Shown piece after piece: positions 53,476 to 64,000 of a stretch of 64,000 nucleotides of DNA. The translations under genes were made by a program, and so were the position numbers. Source of the stretch: an uncultured Gammaproteobacteria bacterium (GTDB lineage: Bacteria > Pseudomonadota > Gammaproteobacteria > CAWCPV01); contig CAWCPV010000007.1 in the NCBI GenBank assembly GCA_963797555.1, positions 555,546 to 619,545 on the forward strand, written 5' to 3'. Position 1 is the first letter of the stretch. Each line of letters begins with the position of its first letter. The notes under the pieces were generated by a model. That model saw only the letters and a program-made list of their open reading frames with translations. It was not told where the DNA came from and did not search any database.

Positions 53476-54279
53476 TTATGACGGCCGCGGGCAGGGTTGC
53501 AAAGGACACAAGGCATTGCAGAGGCGCGCATACTGCTCAAGACTCAACGTGTCGGGACGCACCTCCGGGGCGATCCCCAGGGCGCGGATTTGAGAGCCCT
53601 CCAGTAGCCCTCTGAGGGCGTTGCGCAAGGTCTTGCGGCGGGCAGCGAAGGCCCGTGAGACGACAGTTTCGAGCACACGCTCATCGGACACTGTGACGGG
53701 AGTGCTGGCGTGGGGCTGCAGGCGCACGAACGCCGACCAGACTCGAGGGGCCGGAGTGAAAGCACCCGGCCCGACGGCGAATAAGCGCTCCACGCGGGCC
53801 CGGTAGCTCAACATCACGGTGAGACGCCCGTAGTCCCGGGTTCCCGGCTGCGCGCAGATTCGGTCGACCACCTCCCTCTGCAGCATGAAGTGCATGTCGC
53901 GAATGGCTTCCCCTTGCCGCAGCAGGTGGAACAGCAGGGGAGTGGAGATATTGTACGGCAGGTTGCCCACGACCCGCAGGCGGCCTCGCGCCGCGGCGAG
54001 CGCGCCGAAATCGAATTGCAGTGCATCCTGCGTGTGGACGCGCAGGGTGCCCCGATCACCGCAGTTGGCGCGAAGTACAGGCACCAAGTCCCGGTCCACT
54101 TCGATGGCGTCCAGGATATGCGTTCGGGCGAGGAGTGGGCAAGTGAGCGCGCCCCGCCCAGGCCCAATCTCCACGATCGCCTCGCCGGGTTGCGGGTCGA
54201 GCACGGCCAGGATATGCCGGATGACGCCCGCATCATGCAGGAAGTGCTGGCCGAAGCGCTTGCGTCCCGCGGTCGTCAT
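53476..54279 (-). CDS. rsmA: 16S rRNA dimethyladenosine transferase RsmA/KsgA
   Basis: RKRFGQHFL, EIGPGRG, GNLPYNIS, RRKTLRN. Confidence 0.97.
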   Translation of the reverse strand: MTTAGRKRFGQHFLHDAGVIRHILAVLDPQPGEAIVEIGPGRGALTCPLLARTHILDAIEVDRDLVPVLRANCGDRGTLRVHTQDALQFDFGALAAARGRLRVVGNLPYNISTPLLFHLLRQGEAIRDMHFMLQREVVDRICAQPGTRDYGRLTVMLSYRARVERLFAVGPGAFTPAPRVWSAFVRLQPHASTPVTVSDERVLETVVSRAFAARRKTLRNALRGLLEGSQIRALGIAPEVRPDTLSLEQYARLCNALCPLQPCPRPS

Positions 54280-55272
54280 CGCGACTGTGTGGCCAATTCG
54301 ATGGCCAGGTCCAGCGCCCTCTCCAGGCTGCTCGCGTCGGCGGTTCCTCTTCCCGCCAGCTCCAACGCCGTTCCGTGGTCCACGGAGGTGCGCACGATGG
54401 GCAGCCCCAGAGTCACATTCACTGACCGCCCAAAGCCGCGCGCCTTGAGGACGGGTAGACCCTGGTCATGGTACATGGCGAGCACGGCATCGGCTTCCGC
54501 CAGTCGTTCGGTCGTGAATGCCGTGTCGGCGGGCACCGGCCCCGCCAGCGACATTCCCTCCGCGCGCAGGCGCTGCAACACCGGCTCGATGACTTCCGCT
54601 TCCTCTCGACCCAGGTGTCCCCCCTCTCCGGCGTGCGGGTTGAGACCCAAGACCAGGATACGTGGGTCGCGTATTCGGAAGCGCACGGACAGATCCCGAC
54701 ACATGACCCGCAGGATGCGCTCCAGACGCGGCCGGGTTATGGCGTCCGGGACTTCCCTCAAGGGCAGGTGCGTGGTCACGAGAGCTACGCGTAGACCCGG
54801 GGTGACTAACATCATCACGGGCTGAGGGGTCGCGGTCAGGCTGGCTAGGAGCTCCGTATGCCCGGTGAACGGGACGCCGGACTGGTTGATGACTCCCTTG
54901 TGGATGGGGCCCGTCACCAGCGCGTCGAGGACGCCCCGTAGACAGCCACGCACGCCGAACTCCAGCGCCCGCAGCACATAGGAGGCATTCCGGGGATCGA
55001 GCCGACCGGCGACCACCGGGACTGTGGCTGGCACCGAGGCGACTTTGACCGTGCCCGGCCCCTGGGACCGGGCGGGGCTATCGGGGTCGAAGGGCTGAAG
55101 TTCAAGGGCTAATCCGAGCGACTGGACCCTCTCCCTGAACATGTCTGCATCCGCAAATACCACCAGCTCGGCTGGATGCCCCTGCTGGCACAACCGGACC
55201 GCGACGTTCCGGACCGATGCCGGCGGGCTCACCGAGGCTCAGCGCGATGCGGGGGACCCAGGGCTCGGGCAT
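54276..55272 (-). CDS. pdxA: 4-hydroxythreonine-4-phosphate dehydrogenase; +1 frameshift near 55207
   Basis: RIALSLGEPAGIGP upstream in a shifted frame; GHTE, GLNPHAGE, MYHDQGL, RTSVDHGTA. Confidence 0.95.
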
Positions 55273-55332
55273 GAACCAGGTTGGGCTAGCGGACCCAGGA
55301 GACTCGCTCCGATACCCGTGTGGGCGTTGGCC

Positions 55333-56646
55333 CTAGGGCTTTTCCAGGCGGTACTCCACATAGGCCTCGTCCCGCAGCTGGCGGAGCCAGGATTGAGTTT
55401 CCTCTTCGATCTTGCGGGCACGCAGTTGCTGCTGCGCCTGGTCGCGGGCGAAGGTCTTGCTGTCGTCCTGCTCGCGGCGGCCAACCAGTTGGACGATGTG
55501 CCAGCCATAGGTGGTCTTGAAAGGCTCGCTCACTTGACCCTCACTCAGGTGACTCAGCACCTCCGCGAAGGGGTTGGGCAGACCGCTGGGGTCGACCCAG
55601 CCCAGATCGCCGCCGTGGCTGGCGGAGCTGTTGTCTTGGGAGTGGGCGCGCGCAAGGGCGGCGAAGTCCTCCCCGGCAAGGATTCGCTGGCGCAACTGGT
55701 CGAGGCGTCGGCGCACCTGCTCCTCCGACACTCCGCCGGCTTCGCGCAGCAGGATGTGGCGGATATGGGCTTGTCTGACCTCATGCCGCCCCGTGCCGCG
55801 CTTCTCCAGCAGCTTGATGATGTGGAAACCGCTGGGGCTGCGGATGAGATCGCTGGTCTCTCCCTCATGCAGATGGGCAACCGCATCCACGAACATCGTG
55901 GGCAACTCCCCCGTCTTGCGCCACCCGAGGTCGCCGCCCTTTAACGCCTGCTGCCCCTCCGAGACCGCGATGGCGGTTTGCCCGAAGTTCGCGCCGCCGT
56001 GGAGCCGCTGCAGCACCTCTTCGGCCTTCTTTCGCGCCGCCTCTATCTGCTGCGCGGATGCCCCCTCGGGAATGGCGATCAGGATGTGTGCGAGATGGTA
56101 CTCATCGCCCGTGCCGACGCCCCGCCGCTGGCTGGCCAGGAAATCGTCCACTTCCCGCTCCGTGACGGTGACGTGGTTGTCCACCATGCGCTGGCGCAGG
56201 CGATGGAGGGTGATCTCGCTGCGCAAGTCATCCCGAAACTCCCCGAAGTCGAAGCCGTCCCGTTCCAGGACTTGGCGAAACTGCGCGACGGTGAGGTTGT
56301 TCTGCTGTGCGATGGTGCGAATGGCCTGGTTAACCGCCTCGTCATCTACCTGGATGCCTCTGGTGGCCGCGAGCTCGAGCTGCAGACGCTTCGAGATCAA
56401 GCGCTCCAGGACTTGGCGGCGGAGTACCTCCTCCGCAGGTGCTTGGACCTTCTGTTGCCGCAACTGCTGTTCCACCAGTCGCATCTCGGCGGCGAGGTCG
56501 CTCCCGGTGATGACGTCGTCGTTCACCACTGCAACGACCCCGTCCAGATGCTCGATTGCGGCCTCCCCGCGCGATAACGCGAGGAACGCACCCATAAGTA
56601 TGCCGCACACCGCCCACAGAGCACGCGCCGTCCTACCCACGCTCAT
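55333..56646 (-). CDS. surA: Periplasmic chaperone/PPIase SurA
   Basis: VAVVNDDVIT, two parvulin domains (GGDLGW). Confidence 0.95.
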   Translation of the reverse strand: MSVGRTARALWAVCGILMGAFLALSRGEAAIEHLDGVVAVVNDDVITGSDLAAEMRLVEQQLRQQKVQAPAEEVLRRQVLERLISKRLQLELAATRGIQVDDEAVNQAIRTIAQQNNLTVAQFRQVLERDGFDFGEFRDDLRSEITLHRLRQRMVDNHVTVTEREVDDFLASQRRGVGTGDEYHLAHILIAIPEGASAQQIEAARKKAEEVLQRLHGGANFGQTAIAVSEGQQALKGGDLGWRKTGELPTMFVDAVAHLHEGETSDLIRSPSGFHIIKLLEKRGTGRHEVRQAHIRHILLREAGGVSEEQVRRRLDQLRQRILAGEDFAALARAHSQDNSSASHGGDLGWVDPSGLPNPFAEVLSHLSEGQVSEPFKTTYGWHIVQLVGRREQDDSKTFARDQAQQQLRARKIEEETQSWLRQLRDEAYVEYRLEKP

Positions 56647-58872
56647 ACCCCAGAATACCTCGCTCCAGTAGGTCCTCTATACGGTTGCCGAAGCGTGTCA
56701 GGCCTTTCAGCTCCAGCTCCATGAACACGGCCTTGTTGGTACCGCCCCCGCTCGTCCTTACGTACTCCCGTGCGGCGATTCGTACCGCCCAGCAGCAACT
56801 CTCGTAGCCGAAGCCAAAGACCGACTGCAACGTGCGCCTGTCTTCGAAGGAGTAGTTCCAGCGACCGACTATGGTCCATCTATCGCCGATCGGCCACAGA
56901 ACCGACATATCCGTCTGGTCCAGGCCGGACATGACGCCGGAGCTGTCCGTCTGGTTCAGGTCGGGATTCACGAAGCGATAGGCGACGTTGACGATCCTGT
57001 GCTCGGACGGTTCGTAGCGTACATTCACCGACGCCTTGTCCGTGCCCTGGGTGGCCGGATTCCACTGGAGCTGCAGCCGCGTCGACCATCGAGCCGCGAG
57101 CCGCGCGCTCACCTCTCCTAGCAAATCAGACGCGCTTGAGGTCTGGACGGGCTCTCCAGGGAGGGTGACCCGCCGATCCTCGAAGTACCGGATTTGACCC
57201 ACGCTGGCCCGCAACCGTTCCACTCCGGTCTGCCGATCGAGGAAGCGGGTCGTCATACCCAAGGTCAGCTGGTTAGCGTCGCCGACGCGATCCGCTCCGG
57301 TGAAGCGGTTATCCTGAAATATTTGGGCGAAGTTCAGGTCGCCCAGCTCGGTGTCGAACACCGGGAGTTGGGATTGGTTCTGGAAGGGCACGTACAGGTA
57401 GTAGAGACGGGGCTCCAGGGTTTGGAGCAACGGGCGGTCCTGCAACAGCAGTGGCCGCTCGAAGAAGGCCCCGCTGTCGAGGCTGAACAGCGGAAGCGTG
57501 CGCGGTCCCTCTGACACCCCGGACGGGGTGCTGTCCAGGAGATAGCTCGTGTGCCACGCCTTCAGCGTGGGTGTCACATATCCGCCCTGGGTGGCCCAGG
57601 AAAACTGTAGCTTGGGTTGCAGGTCCAGCCGCTGGCCGGTCACACTGTCGGCTCGCTCGAAACGCACCAGCTCGGCGCGCACGGCGGGCTCGAAGGGCCA
57701 TGCGGCCGGGGGAAGGCTCGCCTGAAAGACGAGCTGGGGCAGTCGCTGGTAAGGGCGGTCGGAGGTGGGGACGGTTTCGTCCAGGGTCTGAAAATTCTGC
57801 ACCCGCCCGGTCACCGACCAGAAGGAGCCGTAGTAGGAGAGATCCGCGCGGCGCTCCAGGTAGGCGATGCTCGCGATGCTCAGCGTGTTGGCGAACTGCT
57901 GCAGGTAGTTCTGATCGGAGACCCAGTTCGCATTGATGTCGGTGTGCCAGCGGGGTGCGAGGTCGCCGACCTGGCGCAGGGAGAGCAGACCGCGGGGGCC
58001 CCCGAAGACGCGGTCGTAGGGCAGAAATTCCGAGTCGAGCTGGCCGTGGCCGCTCGGATACAAGTATCGATAATCCCCTTGCAGCATCAGTCCGCGTTTG
58101 GTCAGCAGCCGAGGGGTGATGGTCGCGTCCTGGTTCGGGGCGATGTTCCAGTAATAGGGTACCGCGAGCTCCCCCCGGACTCGTTCGAGGTTCCGTAGCG
58201 GGGTGGCAGGAATCCGGAGCGCCGCTCGTCGTTCAATGGAAAGCTGAGGTAGGGCATGTACAGAACGGGCAGGCCCTTGAACTCCAGTAGCGCGTGCCAG
58301 GCCTGGCCGGTGGCGGAGTCCTGGTCCAACCGCAGGTCTCGGGCACGCAGGTACCAGTCGTGATTGCCGAGACTGCAGGTCGTAAAGCTCGTCTGGTGTA
58401 ACCGCGCCACGTCTCCCGCGACCTGGACCCGTGTCGCCGCGCCGCGGGCGTGCCGCCCCTCCAGACGGAAGGTGGAGTCCTGCAGAGCGCCCGTCTTGGT
58501 GAGCAAGTTGTAGAAGCCGGACTGCCCGGTAAGCAGCAGGCCGTCCTGTCGGAAAAGGACGTGGCCTTCCGCGTCTACGCGTTGACTCGCCTTGTCGTAG
58601 CTCAGGAGATCGGCGAGGAGCCGCTGTCGGCTCCGTTCCATCTCCGCAGATCCGCGCAGGGTGAACAATGACTTGTCGCGCACCTCGGCGAAGTCGGCGC
58701 GGAAGCGGGTTACCCCCGCTCCGGGCAGACGGGTCGGTTTCATCTCCGAAGCGGATGGCGGCTCCCCGGGACACAGCCGCCATAGATCGGAGTCGGCACG
58801 AGCTTCGGCCGACGCAAGTACGCAGGCGAGCGCAGCAGGGATAAACAGGTGAGCGAGCGGATCGCGATGCAC
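56633..58872 (-). CDS. lptD: LPS assembly protein LptD; frameshift in a G6 run at 58171-58176
   Basis: FTTC, RRSGFL, PYYWNIAPNQD, TLEPRLYY, NRFTGADR, YESCCW, ELKGL. Confidence 0.95.
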
Positions 58873-59185
58873 GCGATCACAATGGCATAGAACGGACTGA
58901 GCTTCAATTTGACCGATCCGGAAACCGGAGTCCGGGACAAAGTGTTGCGACGGGGAAACAACATGGCCGGCCAGTCGTCCACGGCAGGGCTCCCCTTCTC
59001 TCCGGGACGGCCTTGATGTACTGTGGTGCAACGTTGCGAAGGGTTCGCAGAAACGGGCGGCCAACGCTCCCGAGCGTCGCTTTATTGCGAAGCTTGTTGT
59101 GGCGATGGTCTCGCGCTTGTGCTATAACTCACGGGCGCAACGGACGTTCCACGTGTGGGTCCCGGAGACCAAAGGGGGTGCAAGC

Positions 59186-59830
59186 ATGAGAGGCGCAAAA
59201 CTTACAACAATGCTCCTGGCTGGCTGGGTCGCCGGTCTTCCAGGCTGTTCAAGTCAGCTCACTTACCAAGGGCAACAGTCGACCATACCGGGGAGCTTTC
59301 CCGTGGTGGAGACTCCGATGAACCAAGTCAGCCCGGTCAAGGCGCTGGTCCTCGACCAAGGCGTACCGAAGTCCTCGCGAATGGTCGTAGCGTCCTTCGC
59401 CAGCATTGACGACCTGACGCGCGTGTCCAGCCTGGGGCGTTACCTGAGCGAGTTCTATGCCAACGAGCTGGTTCGCTACGGATACCCGGTGTACGACATG
59501 GAGGCACAGGACGAGGTCATGCTGATGCAGTATGTCGGCGCCATCTACAGGACGCGGCAGGGGCTGCTAGAGGCGGGAACGGCGAGCCGAATCCGGCCCG
59601 AGTCCTGGCTGATGCAAAGGGGCATTCGTTATGTGCTCACCGGCACCTACACGGCGTTCGAGAGCAACATCATCATCCAGGCGCGTCTCATCGACGTGAC
59701 GGATTCCAAGATCGTAGCCAGCGAGACGCTCAGTCTCCCGCGACAGGGTATGGTCGCCGATCTCGCGAGTCGCGGGCTGCCGGCTCCTCCCCCTCCCGTT
59801 GACAAGCGCATGGAGGTTGTCGGGCCATGA
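59186..59830 (+). CDS. FlgO-family outer-membrane lipoprotein 1
   Basis: Lipobox-like LPGC; VVASF..IDDL..SSLGR..E, VLTGTY, QARLIDV. Confidence 0.75.
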   Translation: MRGAKLTTMLLAGWVAGLPGCSSQLTYQGQQSTIPGSFPVVETPMNQVSPVKALVLDQGVPKSSRMVVASFASIDDLTRVSSLGRYLSEFYANELVRYGYPVYDMEAQDEVMLMQYVGAIYRTRQGLLEAGTASRIRPESWLMQRGIRYVLTGTYTAFESNIIIQARLIDVTDSKIVASETLSLPRQGMVADLASRGLPAPPPPVDKRMEVVGP

Positions 59831-60387
59831 TCAGCGTGAGCCATATCGCAAAGTTCGCTATTTCCAAGACAGTGTTCGCGCTCACCCTGTTCGCATTGCT
59901 GGCGGGGTGCTACGCGACCGGGGTTAGCGAGGTCAGGGATGCCAACATCACGGCGGCCAGCTACGCAGCCGCCGACAATCTGGTGGCGCACAGCCAGATT
60001 CCTCTGGACAAGGGTCGCAACCTCTTGGTGGCTACCTTCGTGAATATCAACGATCTCGAAGACTCATCGGCGATGGGCCGCCTGATCGCCACGCAGGTGG
60101 CATCCCGGCTGACTCAGCAGGGCTACCAGGTGGTTCAGGTCACGCTGCGCAACAACATCCTCGTCAAGCAGCAGGGAGGGGAGTTCGTGCTGTCCCGGGC
60201 GGTTCAGGACATAAGCTCGTCGCGTGAGGCGCAGGCCGTGGTGGCGGGGGTGTACGCAGTGGCCCGCGACGAGGTCTTCGTCAAGGCGAGCGTGATCCGC
60301 CCGACGGACGGCGCAGTCCTCTCCGCTTATGATTACGAGTTGCCCATCGGAAAGAACACGCGAGCTCTGCTGTATACGCGTCGCTGA
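59827..60387 (+). CDS. FlgO-family outer-membrane lipoprotein 2
   Basis: Lipobox LLAGC; LVATFVNINDL..SS.MGR, GEFVLSR, VVAGVY. Confidence 0.8.
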   Translation: MISVSHIAKFAISKTVFALTLFALLAGCYATGVSEVRDANITAASYAAADNLVAHSQIPLDKGRNLLVATFVNINDLEDSSAMGRLIATQVASRLTQQGYQVVQVTLRNNILVKQQGGEFVLSRAVQDISSSREAQAVVAGVYAVARDEVFVKASVIRPTDGAVLSAYDYELPIGKNTRALLYTRR

Positions 60388-60399
60388 TGCGGTCGTGCC

Positions 60400-62111
<1,712 letters not shown>

Positions 62112-62703
62112 GAGTGTGGCTGGCCGCCCCAGAGCCCTGTCCGACCATCGGTTCACGGTCGTCACCGGGCGTGGAGGGATGGTTGCCGCGCGCACGGGGC
62201 TCGGGGCCGACGGATGTGCGGCATTTGACCATGCCGAGTGCGAGCCATGACCCTCGATGTCCGGCATATCCAGCGGTCTTTGGTGTTTAGCCGCGGGGGT
62301 CCCTGTTTTGATGGATGGCTGGCTCTCCTTGCTCGATCTGTGCGTCTGGGGCGACCTGCAGAGTCCCCATAAAGAGTGGCAAGATAGGTGCCTGCCCAGA
62401 CTGCGCAAACCCGCACTGAGGGGTGCGAGAACGTCCGCGCTCCTCGGTGAGTGACCGATCCTGGATTCTCTGCGAGCGGGCGCGGCTGTGCAGTGTGGGC
62501 TCGTCACCAACCTCAGCCGTCGCGACGCCCCGGGCCAACTCGACCGGTACGCCGCCTTCGTCGACGGTGGAGCGGACCTCGACCACTACCGCCGGGGCCG
62601 GCAGCGACCGCGACAGACCGTGCCGGTGTGCTCGGAGCCCGTGATCGGGAGCAGGGCGCTCTGCTCGATGCTCTCTACGATGAGCGAGAGGGTGCCGTGA
62701 ACG

Positions 62704-64000
62704 ATGGGTGAAGAGGTCGCCACCAGTCACTTCAGCCACGGCGACTTCGCGCGCTTCCAGAGCCGCCTGCGGGAGGAGACGGATCTTCTGCGGCGCTGGT
62801 TCGCAGAGGAACGTTTCAGCGCCGGCAGGCCGGTGGCCGGATTCGAGCTGGAGGTATGGCTGGTCGATGGCCAGGGCCAACCGGCCCCGGTCAACGAGGG
62901 TTTTTTGGCGCGCCTCGGTGATCCTCTGGTGGTGCGAGAGCTGGCCCAATTCAATGTCGAGATCAACAGTACGCCGCGCCTGCTTACGGCCGGCGTGTTG
63001 CGGCTGATGCAGCACGAGTTGGAGCAGGTGTGGGCGCGGTGCCGTGACTGTGCGCACGACCTCGGGGCTGACCTGCTGATGATAGGTATTCTGCCTACGG
63101 TCACCGAGTCCGCGCTCAACTTGGCGCACATGTCTCCGCTGGCCCGCTATCGAGCGCTCAACGAGCAGATCCTACGCCTGCGGCGGGGAGAGCCCGTGGT
63201 GCTGGATATTCAGGGCAGGGACCACTTGGTGACCACGCACCGCGACGTGATGCTGGAGTCGGCCGCCACTTCGTTGCAGATCCATCTGCAGGTGCCCCAG
63301 GCCGAGGCAGTCCGCTTCTACAACGCGGCCCAGATCGTGTCTGCCCCAATGGTGGCGGTGGCCGCGAACGCCGCCTACCTGTTCGGAATGGATCTCTGGG
63401 ACGACACCCGCATCCCGCTGTTCGAGCAGTCCATTGCCGTTCCGGGACCGCGGGACGGCTCTCCCCCACCGGTCCCCCGGGTGACCTTCGGCAGCGGGTA
63501 TGCGCGCGAGTCATTGTGGGAGTGCTACCTGGAGAATCTGGAGCGCTATGCGGTGCTGCTCCCCATGGTGTTCGACAGCGACAGCAGCGAATTCCACCAT
63601 GTACGCCTGCACAATGGCACCATCTGGCGCTGGAACCGGCCACTCATCGGGGTGGATGAGGCCGAGCCCCACCTGCGCATAGAGCACCGCGTGGCGTCCG
63701 CCGGGCCTTCCATCGCGGACGTCGTGGCCAACATCGCATTCTTTTACGGGCTCGTTCATGCCCTCGCCGAGGACAGCCCGGCACCGGAGACCCGACTCCC
63801 GTTTCCCCGAGCGCGGGCGAACTTCTACCACGCCGCACGGCACGGACTGGATGCCCCGCTCACTTGGCTGAACGGCCGCGAAGTTGCGCTGCGTTCCCTG
63901 GTGCTCGAAGAGCTGATCCCAATGGCGCGAGAGAGCCTACAAGCCCTCGGCGTCGATGGCGGCGATGTTGCTTCGTATCTCGGCATCATCGAAGAGCGAC
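62704..64000 (+). CDS. Glutamate-cysteine ligase (GCS2) family protein, runs off the window (absent from the ORF track)
   Basis: Hand translation MGEEVATSHF..GFELEVWLVD..ELAQFNVEIN..ESAATSLQIHLQ..LHNGTIWRWNRP..LRIEHR. Confidence 0.85.
   Translation, partial: MGEEVATSHFSHGDFARFQSRLREETDLLRRWFAEERFSAGRPVAGFELEVWLVDGQGQPAPVNEGFLARLGDPLVVRELAQFNVEINSTPRLLTAGVLRLMQHELEQVWARCRDCAHDLGADLLMIGILPTVTESALNLAHMSPLARYRALNEQILRLRRGEPVVLDIQGRDHLVTTHRDVMLESAATSLQIHLQVPQAEAVRFYNAAQIVSAPMVAVAANAAYLFGMDLWDDTRIPLFEQSIAVPGPRDGSPPPVPRVTFGSGYARESLWECYLENLERYAVLLPMVFDSDSSEFHHVRLHNGTIWRWNRPLIGVDEAEPHLRIEHRVASAGPSIADVVANIAFFYGLVHALAEDSPAPETRLPFPRARANFYHAARHGLDAPLTWLNGREVALRSLVLEELIPMARESLQALGVDGGDVASYLGIIEER

Noticed and set aside
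4197-55272. Programmed frameshifting or genome-wide pseudogenisation
   Set aside because: No shared slippery motif, and the flanking protein sequence is otherwise well conserved; assembly error fits better.
56633-58872. lptD as a pseudogene or phase-variable gene (G6 tract)
   Set aside because: LptD is normally essential, and similar indels hit many unrelated genes (phoX C6 run, STAS, dacB, receiver-PP2C). Consensus error is more likely.
62112-62703. Small ORFs between murU and the GCS2-family gene
   Set aside because: No recognisable motif; possibly a decayed fragment, but unsupported.

Overview
GC-rich gammaproteobacterial chromosome window. Two conserved core blocks flank a decayed accessory island of about 21 kb (18.6-39.3 kb). 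Left core: yajC-secD-secF, suhB, trmJ-cysE-iscR-iscS-iscA, an ndk relic, rlmN-pilW-rodZ, mobA-mobB, a FixL-like PAS kinase / receiver / receiver-PP2C / STAS operon, and an M15 peptidase. Island: a terminase-like relic, an ISL3 stub, VOC/CMD genes with attC-like ends, recD2, a PhoX-family phosphatase with a putative Pho box, two secreted proteins between MalT/BTAD regulator remnants, and toxin-antitoxin (TA) remnants hit by IS3 (with nested IS21) and IS1380. Right core: dacB, a CPA1 antiporter, a GT2, apaH-apaG, glk, an OmpR-type two-component system, MscK-like/DUF6524/Usp, rsmA-pdxA-surA-lptD, two FlgO-like lipoproteins, amgK-murU and a partial glutamate-cysteine ligase-family gene. Many frameshifts, including in normally essential lptD, look like long-read consensus errors. 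Several lesions fall at inferred GACGTC sites, which may be a methylation footprint. All family assignments come from motif recognition by eye; no database searches were run. No CRISPR array, rRNA or tRNA was recognised.
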